NCBI GenBank assembly: GCA_038870975.1
Contig: JAVZJD010000001.1
Location: forward strand, 800,001-864,000
DNA length: 64,000 bases
Source: Candidatus Bathyarchaeia archaeon
Lineage (GTDB): Archaea; Thermoproteota; CALKCG01; B24
Direction: 5' to 3'
This document shows positions 57,555 to 64,000 of this stretch, piece by piece. Made by a program: the position numbers and the translations under genes. Under the pieces are notes generated by a model. That model searched no databases, was not told the DNA's origin, and worked only from the letters and a program-made list of their open reading frames with translations. Within the stretch, counting starts at the first letter, position 1. Each line of letters opens with the position of its first letter.

Positions 57555-58301
57555 CTATTCTACATATGGAGCTACATAGTACACTAGCTTACCTTGGAGG
57601 ATTTCAAAGTTTAGCTTAAGAGGTTTATCTGTACTAAACTCTAAACCGACAGTTCCAGCCAAATTTGAAGCAGATTTAACAATGTCTTCTAGAAACGTCA
57701 AACTATAACTTGCACTACTGGGTTGTTTAACCTGCAGTTCTAAAAGTGCTTCACTCGTCCTATCGAGCTCAACGGTTATCTCTCCAAGTTCCCCGCTGGC
57801 CTCTATAGTTAAACTATCCGTAGTGGCTTTAAACCTTAATATATCGCTAACAGTCGCGGCGTCGGCAACAGTCCTGCTGAGACAGCTAGAGGTTATCTTC
57901 GCCATAACGTCAAATTCTATCTTTAACGGCGGTATCTCCTCGCTCGTAAGCTGTAAAGTAGGCACGATAAGCCGCCTCCTATATCTACCTGAAAGCCTCA
58001 TCTCAAGTTTACCTACGGATTCGTCGAAAATCAACTCGAGGGTTTCATCACTCGCCCTCCTAAGAAGCTTTAACGACTCTTCGATGTTCAACCCTATAGT
58101 CATAGGTTTATCTACTTCAAACTCGTCGAATGCACTTCTACTCCACTCGAAGTCCACCATGGCTACATGGCTCGGGTCCATGGCTTTAACTTTAAGCCCC
58201 TCTTCGTCAGCCGTTATACATACTTCGTCCACTAATGCTGAAAGCGACGTGAGGATATTCCTAAGCGTTTTAGCATCAGCCATAGTTAACCTTAGAACCA
58301 T
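57555..58301 (-). CDS. pcn: DNA polymerase sliding clamp PCNA
   Basis: KAMDPSHVAMVD, FDEF, DKPLKL, YYVAP. Confidence 0.95.
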   Translation of the reverse strand: MVLRLTMADAKTLRNILTSLSALVDEVCITADEEGLKVKAMDPSHVAMVDFEWSRSAFDEFEVDKPMTIGLNIEESLKLLRRASDETLELIFDESVGKLEMRLSGRYRRRLIVPTLQLTSEEIPPLKIEFDVMAKITSSCLSRTVADAATVSDILRFKATTDSLTIEASGELGEITVELDRTSEALLELQVKQPSSASYSLTFLEDIVKSASNLAGTVGLEFSTDKPLKLNFEILQGKLVYYVAPYVE

Positions 58302-58492
58302 CTAATGAATACACCTCCCATAAATAGGGTCTATGAACACTATTATAAGCATTATTACAACCGCTCTAGTAAAAAACGTCTATACATAGTACGTTTTACT
58401 AAATTTTCCGACTATAGTTTAAACATCCGTCTGATAGACTTCAATCTTTACGACAATTTATAAAAGCATCTTTCGTTTACAATCTATCTACT

Positions 58493-58657
58493 ATGAACAC
58501 TACAAACTTAGAATTTGAGAACCTTAGAAAGCTCCTACTACTGGATGTTGAAAAAGCCTTCGAAGAGTGTAACATGCTACTTTCAATTCAGCCGCATCCG
58601 GACGATACGGATATTGCAGCTGGAGGAACAATAGCCAAGCTTGCTAAGAAGGGATGT
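58493..58657 (+). pseudogene. PIG-L family (diacetylchitobiose-type) deacetylase, 5' fragment
   Basis: QPHPDD..IAAGGTIAKL motif, truncated at the mobile-element junction. Confidence 0.85.
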
Positions 58658-59855
58658 TCAGCAGTTTCTAAATAGTTAACTTTATTAACGCTTCAGAGTA
58701 TACTCTTTTTGTGGAGGTAGTCCTCGGCGTCCCATTCAGCTACGAGGCGAACAGCGAGGTTAGGAAGCTCTTAGAGGACTTTAGAGACATGGTGAACTTC
58801 TGCATAGACTTCTCCGTTAAGAGGAGGGTGACCTCTTATGCTAGGCTTAGGAGGGGCGTCTATGAGGAGTGGAAGAGGAGATGGGATTATTCCACGCACT
58901 TCTGCCACTCAGCGTGTAAGATAGCTTTAGCCATGATCAAAGGCTACAGGAGGAGGCATAGGGAGGGGAAGCCCGAAGCCAAGAAGCTCTTCATGCAACT
59001 CGACCCTCAGCTATACAAGTTCTACGGTGATGAGATTAGGATATCTGTTAAGCCCAGGAAGTTCCTCTTCATAAATTTGAAGTATGGCGAGTACCAGAAG
59101 AAGTTTATAGATGCATGGAAAGAGGGGAAGCTGAAGACTGGTGAAATAACGATAAACGAAACAAAGATAATCGTGCCTTTCAAGAAGGAAGTAGACATGT
59201 CGAATCCGAGCGATTGGATAGCAATAGACATCAACGAGGGCAACGTTACGGCTGTCAGCTCTAATCCACACGTCTTAAGGGTTGAAAGCAACCTGAGGAC
59301 TATCCATACAACCTACTTCAATATCATCAGGAGGATTCAAAAGCTGAAGAAATACAAGCCTAAGACCGCTGAAAAGCTGGTTAGGAAGTATTCTGGCAGA
59401 AGAAAACGCAAAGCTATGGATGAATGCCATAAAATTGCTAAGAAGATCGTAGACTTCACAAAGCAACATAATATGGGAATAATCATGGAAGACCTCAAAG
59501 GAATTAGAAAAAGGATCGACCGCACTAAAAACCTCAACCGTAGGCTACACTCGTGGAACTTTAGAAGACTACAATTCTACATCGAGTATAAGGCAAAGCT
59601 GAATGGTTTACCCGCAATTTACGTTAACCCGAAGGGAACCTCGAGCCTATGTCCGATATGTGGTGGAAGATTGGCATCGAATGGATATAGGCTTAAGAGA
59701 TGCGAATGCGGTTACGAAGAAGATAGGGATGTGATCGCATGCCTAAACATGCTCAGGATGAGGGGAGTTCCGTTGCCCCAGAAAGCCACTTATGAGGCTT
59801 TTAAAGCTGAGGTGGAACGGATAGTTATAAAATGTTAACTATCCGACAACGGAAC
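58656..59855 (+). mobile_element. Non-autonomous TnpB-only IS element (IS200/IS605 or IS607 superfamily)
   Basis: Bounded by GTTC...ATAGTTAAC and GTTAACTAT...GAAC; interrupts the deacetylase; no tnpA inside. Confidence 0.8.
58711..59838 (+). CDS. tnpB: RNA-guided endonuclease TnpB
   Basis: RuvC residues AIDINE, IIMEDL, DRD..A..N; Zn finger CPICG..CECG; YKA motif. Confidence 0.92.
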   Translation: MEVVLGVPFSYEANSEVRKLLEDFRDMVNFCIDFSVKRRVTSYARLRRGVYEEWKRRWDYSTHFCHSACKIALAMIKGYRRRHREGKPEAKKLFMQLDPQLYKFYGDEIRISVKPRKFLFINLKYGEYQKKFIDAWKEGKLKTGEITINETKIIVPFKKEVDMSNPSDWIAIDINEGNVTAVSSNPHVLRVESNLRTIHTTYFNIIRRIQKLKKYKPKTAEKLVRKYSGRRKRKAMDECHKIAKKIVDFTKQHNMGIIMEDLKGIRKRIDRTKNLNRRLHSWNFRRLQFYIEYKAKLNGLPAIYVNPKGTSSLCPICGGRLASNGYRLKRCECGYEEDRDVIACLNMLRMRGVPLPQKATYEAFKAEVERIVIKC

Positions 59856-59875
59856 AGGAGTCGGCTGCTAAAACA
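59762..59875 (+). ncRNA. Predicted TnpB omegaRNA (scaffold plus downstream guide)
   Basis: Hairpins GGGG/CCCC, AAAGCC/GGCTTT and CGGATAGTTA/TAACTATCCG; loop GTTCCGTTG is complementary to terminal CAACGGAAC; 5' boundary uncertain. Confidence 0.6.
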
Positions 59876-60373
59876 CTTGGGGTATCTGAACTTATATGGC
59901 TCAATTATAGAGATTCGGAGCTTGAACCGACGATAGAACTTAGAAACAAGCTTATAACGCTTATAAGAAGGTTTAGACCAGACATGGTATTAACGGTAGA
60001 TCCGTGGCTCCGATATGAAGCACACCCAGACCATAGAGCCACTGGAATAGCCACCTCTGAGGCTTTTCTCCTAAGCGGTTTTCCGAATATCAATCGCATA
60101 GACTTGGTAAACGGACTAGAGCCTCACACCCCTAAATTCATAGCCTACTATTGGACTGAGAAACCAAACATCTACGTCGACATCACCGAGTATATTGAAG
60201 TCAAATTCAAGGCTATTATGGCGCATGCATCTCAAACATCCAGTAGAATGGTAGGCATATTAAAAGCGGTTTTCAAACTTATGGGTGAAAAAGCAGGTTG
60301 TGAATACGCCGAAGCCTTTAAAGTTCTAGCATCTTCAGCTCTACATTGCAACATATATGCGTCAGAACTATAG
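59852..60373 (+). pseudogene. PIG-L family deacetylase, 3' fragment
   Basis: In-frame EQESAAKTLGV..WLNYRDSEL...DPW..YEAHPDH...VDIT..K..A..AHASQ. Confidence 0.85.
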
Positions 60374-60413
60374 GTTTGATCGAAAAACATTTTATGGGCA
60401 ATCTAAGGCTGTT

Positions 60414-62495
60414 TTAATCGCTAGACGTATAGTAGACTCTGTAGATTACTACGCCTGTGACTCTACCATTGTATCCTCCTGATGCTAGACTGCTTGAGTA
60501 GAATACAGGCTTTATGTGCTCGGATTCGTGGAATATTGGACCTAAGTAAATTCCTCCACTGTCGATTGGGTAGAATTTGAAAGGTATGAGTTCTCCTATT
60601 AAAGATGCTGAGAACTTAGCTGTCGGATTTCCATCGGTTATATAGTCGGTCTCGTTTAAACCCGCTATTCTAATCATCCATATGAATTTGTTCTCCTCAC
60701 CGTAACCCTCAGGTTGATAATAGTAGTAGCCTCCATAGCTTCTGACGACGAAGTCTACGAAGACCACTACATAGCTCACGTTGTACTGCTTCATCGTCTG
60801 TATTGCTTCTTCTTCCGGCGATAGAAAAGTACGTGCTATTACAGCTATTTGGGTAGAGTTTAAAGTTGCATTGTCTGCAAGCGTTGTCTTATTGCTCATT
60901 ATGGTTATCCAATAGCCGTAGTCCCACCAGGCCATTACTACGGAATCGTCTGGAACGTTTTCTTTAAGCCATTTTAAAGCTTCAATCCAGTCTCCCCTAA
61001 ACTCATTAACTGGGACTGATGAGCATGCTAATGTGACAGGGCTGTCGGCGGTCTGTATGCCGAAGTAAACAAGCGGGATTACAGAAAGAGACACTAATAG
61101 TACTCCAAATACCACTATCACCTCCTTTCCGAGAGATATCCCTCTTCTTCTAGCCGTAGATGAGCTTTCAAAAACTCTAGTCAAAGACTTGAGTATTTTA
61201 ATTATAGAGTATGCTCCTGCTAAACACGCTGGTGCGGCTAAAATTAACACTAGTCTAACGTAGGATGCTGCCGAGTATAGAGTTGTTAAGAGCTGTATGA
61301 CTAAGAAAATATGTTTATTGTCTAACTCGTAGACAGCTATCAGCACGTAGACTGGTATTAAGGCCAGCAGGAAGCCTAGGCTTGTGAAGAAACTTATCCA
61401 AGTTGCAGGTCTATGCTCTCCAACAGACTGTATGAGGGGTATAAACGCTCTATACAATGGCTCTAAAACTGCGTAATACTTAGTAGGTACCCCTGTCACG
61501 AGTCCGAGCGTCCATGCCGCGTAAAACACTGCTATAGAGGCGGCGATGAACGCGGTTACAGCAGCTAGACGCATTTTAAACCTCTCTACTTTTCTATTAA
61601 CGATAAGACCGTAGGATAAGAATATGAGAAGACCTAGTGCAGCTACACCCGTTACCTCTCTTATTATGCCTAAACCGACTCTTGGAACACTTATGGCTAT
61701 ACATAACCCGCTACATATCATAATTCCATATGAAACTACATACTTCGTTCTATAATCCTTTAAAACTATGAAGAAGGTTGAAAGAGCTAGAAGTCCTAAA
61801 GCATATCTCGCAGTCCCCCACGATGCAAACAGATATCCCAACATCACACCCGTTAAAAGCGCATAAGCTAGAGAGTTTTTAAGGTCTCGCTCTGGGTCCA
61901 TAGCCCTCACGTAGAATAGGGAGAGTAAAGTCAACGCGAATATTCCAACTGTTTCGTCGTCAAACCATCCGAGGTGTGTTCTAGATATGTAGGCTGGGCA
62001 GACTGCCATGAAAAGCGAGGATAGTAATGCTACGGATAATCCACCGTAGTCCTTACCCAAGTAGAATATGGCTATACACGTTAAAACGGACATTATTATT
62101 GGAAAATAGCATAGGAATTCATACAACGTCATCGAGAGGCCGATCGTTTTTGCAATAATGTAGAAAAACGCAGCAGTCATAGGTAACCCAGGATATATTG
62201 TCCTAGTCATATCTCTACCGCTTGGATACCACGACTTATAGTCTCTCCAATCAAGCCAAGATAGAAATCCCTTCTCCATTATTCTCTCTGTTACTCTATA
62301 CTGTAGATATGGGTCAAACTCGTGAAGATATACTCCCCACTTCGCAGGTAGCGATCTTATAATAAACGCAGATGCTAGTATCAAACACATAGCAGTTAAA
62401 ACCAATAAAGTTTTAACTGTTCCACGCGTCACTTTAACTTCCTTAAGAAGTTTAAAAAACTCCGTCAATCTCCTTAGTGTTTTCTGAGACATCAA
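60414..62495 (-). CDS. aglB: Oligosaccharyltransferase AglB (STT3 family)
   Basis: EFDPY, WFDDE, SVGEH, WWDYG, DNAT; multiple TM segments. Confidence 0.95.
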   Translation of the reverse strand: MMSQKTLRRLTEFFKLLKEVKVTRGTVKTLLVLTAMCLILASAFIIRSLPAKWGVYLHEFDPYLQYRVTERIMEKGFLSWLDWRDYKSWYPSGRDMTRTIYPGLPMTAAFFYIIAKTIGLSMTLYEFLCYFPIIMSVLTCIAIFYLGKDYGGLSVALLSSLFMAVCPAYISRTHLGWFDDETVGIFALTLLSLFYVRAMDPERDLKNSLAYALLTGVMLGYLFASWGTARYALGLLALSTFFIVLKDYRTKYVVSYGIMICSGLCIAISVPRVGLGIIREVTGVAALGLLIFLSYGLIVNRKVERFKMRLAAVTAFIAASIAVFYAAWTLGLVTGVPTKYYAVLEPLYRAFIPLIQSVGEHRPATWISFFTSLGFLLALIPVYVLIAVYELDNKHIFLVIQLLTTLYSAASYVRLVLILAAPACLAGAYSIIKILKSLTRVFESSSTARRRGISLGKEVIVVFGVLLVSLSVIPLVYFGIQTADSPVTLACSSVPVNEFRGDWIEALKWLKENVPDDSVVMAWWDYGYWITIMSNKTTLADNATLNSTQIAVIARTFLSPEEEAIQTMKQYNVSYVVVFVDFVVRSYGGYYYYQPEGYGEENKFIWMIRIAGLNETDYITDGNPTAKFSASLIGELIPFKFYPIDSGGIYLGPIFHESEHIKPVFYSSSLASGGYNGRVTGVVIYRVYYTSSD

Positions 62496-62521
62496 GCCAC
62501 CCCATGTAACTAAGGTAAAAA

Positions 62522-62707
62522 CTACTCGGAAAATCCGTCATTTTGAATCCTTTTAACCTCAACCCTTTCAGGGCTCAGCTTTAAAGGCTTATTACAATTC
62601 GGACATATGCGGTTGTACTTGCTGAGTATTTCCTCAGGATTTACCAGCTCATCTCCACAGTACAGCATGTGTTTACAATTGCTACAAACAACCTTCTGAG
62701 GCATCAT
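62522..62707 (-). CDS. Small Zn-ribbon protein
   Basis: CSNC...CPNC, 61 aa, co-oriented upstream of aglB. Confidence 0.75.
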   Translation of the reverse strand: MMPQKVVCSNCKHMLYCGDELVNPEEILSKYNRICPNCNKPLKLSPERVEVKRIQNDGFSE

Positions 62708-62749
62708 AAAATGACTCCCATTACCGCTATTAAACTTTTACTAGCTCAC

Positions 62750-63790
62750 CTATTCAACGTAGGTTACCTTTCCTGTTTTAACGAATTTCAAAGGCGCTCC
62801 TCGCTCTAAAGCCATATGATAAGTTAAAGCGTAAATCGGCGGCAACTCAACCAAAGCATCTGTATAATCGTCTGGCGGTTCGTCGATTCTAATCGGCATA
62901 CATTTTCCAAACGTTTCACCCTCAGCATAATCTATTAATACAGTCGGCGAGCCAAACTCCGCTACGTCAAATGCCATTTTAACGTTCAAACTCCTCGTCT
63001 CCTTCGGTCCTGACATAACTATTACACCCAACGTTGGACTTACTATCTCCATTGGACCGTGTCTAAATTGTGCTGCTGAATAGCCTTCACAGTGGATTTT
63101 AGCCATTTCCTTCATAACCAACGCCCCCGTATATGCGGATGAAACTGTAGGCCCTCTGCTCACGATCACAATTGAATTACACCTAGCAAGCTTTACAGCT
63201 ATCTGCCTACAATCATCTAAACATCTACGTTGATATTTCTCTATGATATCTGCAGCTTTTAACAGTTTTTCTTTTTCAGAATCTACTTTTTCTCCCGCAA
63301 AGTCTGCTGACAGCATGTGTAAAGCCGCCAGTAAAGCCAAGTGGCTTTTAGAAGCTGCTAAATGTTCTTCTCCAGCCTTAGTGGGAACCACTAGATGGCT
63401 CTTAGAGGCTAAAGTACTGTTTGGATTATCTGTTACAGCTACTGTAAACGCATCTTCAGGCATAGACTCTAAAAGTCTAACTACTTCAACAGTTTCACCC
63501 GACCTTGAAGTTATAACCGTTACAGAGCCTTTTAAAATGTCAACCATATAGTGTAGGAGCTCAGATGTCTCAACGATCTGAATGTTCAACCCAGCTTTAT
63601 TCAATTTAAACCACGATGGTAGAAGCGCATAGTATGAGTTTCCCATACCTGTCATAACTATACGTTTAAACTCTCCCCTCTTCACTCTTTCAACTAGGCT
63701 TTCAACTTCGCCTCTAACGTCTAAGTATGAAGCTACAGTACTACGAATAGCCTTAGGCTGGCTGAACATCTCTTCTAGAAATAGGCTCAC
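62750..63790 (-). CDS. Double SIS-domain sugar-phosphate isomerase/deaminase (GlmS C-terminal/GlmD-like)
   Basis: EMFSQP, TGMGNS, SRSGET, MKEM, FRHGPME. Confidence 0.88.
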   Translation of the reverse strand: MSLFLEEMFSQPKAIRSTVASYLDVRGEVESLVERVKRGEFKRIVMTGMGNSYYALLPSWFKLNKAGLNIQIVETSELLHYMVDILKGSVTVITSRSGETVEVVRLLESMPEDAFTVAVTDNPNSTLASKSHLVVPTKAGEEHLAASKSHLALLAALHMLSADFAGEKVDSEKEKLLKAADIIEKYQRRCLDDCRQIAVKLARCNSIVIVSRGPTVSSAYTGALVMKEMAKIHCEGYSAAQFRHGPMEIVSPTLGVIVMSGPKETRSLNVKMAFDVAEFGSPTVLIDYAEGETFGKCMPIRIDEPPDDYTDALVELPPIYALTYHMALERGAPLKFVKTGKVTYVE

Positions 63791-64000
63791 GGGAAATCAC
63801 TGTCTAAAGTTGAAGACAATCGCTATTTAAATGTGTCTTTTCATAGTTTTTCAAGTTTAAGTTTCAAACATAGGCTCTCAATCCACCATTAACATCTTAG
63901 GGAAGTGTAAATCTAGCTTTAATGAGCTTAAAATCTTCTCTATTCATACTTTCTCATGAAGCACCGTAATCGATCCACATAGTCACAGCGGTATTCTTGT

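Noticed and set aside
58493-60373. TnpB element as a self-splicing IStron restoring the deacetylase
   Set aside because: No room for a group I intron core, and precise removal would still leave about 30 conserved codons missing
1-64000. CRISPR array, cas genes, rRNA, integrase or provirus
   Set aside because: No regularly spaced repeats, rRNA-like sequence or recognisable Cas, integrase or capsid proteins were seen

Overview
Archaeal chromosomal window, most consistent with a thermophilic TACK lineage such as Bathyarchaeia (inferred from gene content). It contains: (i) housekeeping genes (Lhr, ThrRS, rps24e/rps27ae, Kae1, TsaC/Sua5, Cgi121, ThiL, PCNA-PriL-PriS-GINS, AglB, tRNA-Ala(TGC), tRNA-Pro(CGG)); (ii) an archaeal CODH/ACS cluster (cdhAB divergent from cdhCDE, two CooC ATPases) with a second, divergent cdhD/cdhE pair, an adjacent aldehyde:ferredoxin oxidoreductase and a nearby mer; (iii) many sugar and uronate catabolism genes; (iv) mobile-element traces: an intact TnpB-only element interrupting a PIG-L deacetylase, an IS5 remnant and a VapC pseudogene. 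The three strongest leads are: a three-gene operon (47642-54700) in which a soluble protein, a single-pass surface protein and a giant FtsX/MacB-type permease all carry CdvA-like coiled-coil motifs; the second CdhE, which has a Cys at the cap-helix position used by HgcA to ligate cobalt; and the TnpB element, which has GTTC...GAAC inverted ends, a readable omegaRNA-like structure, and appears to have replaced about 30 codons of its host gene. All family assignments are from motif recognition by eye; no database searches were run.
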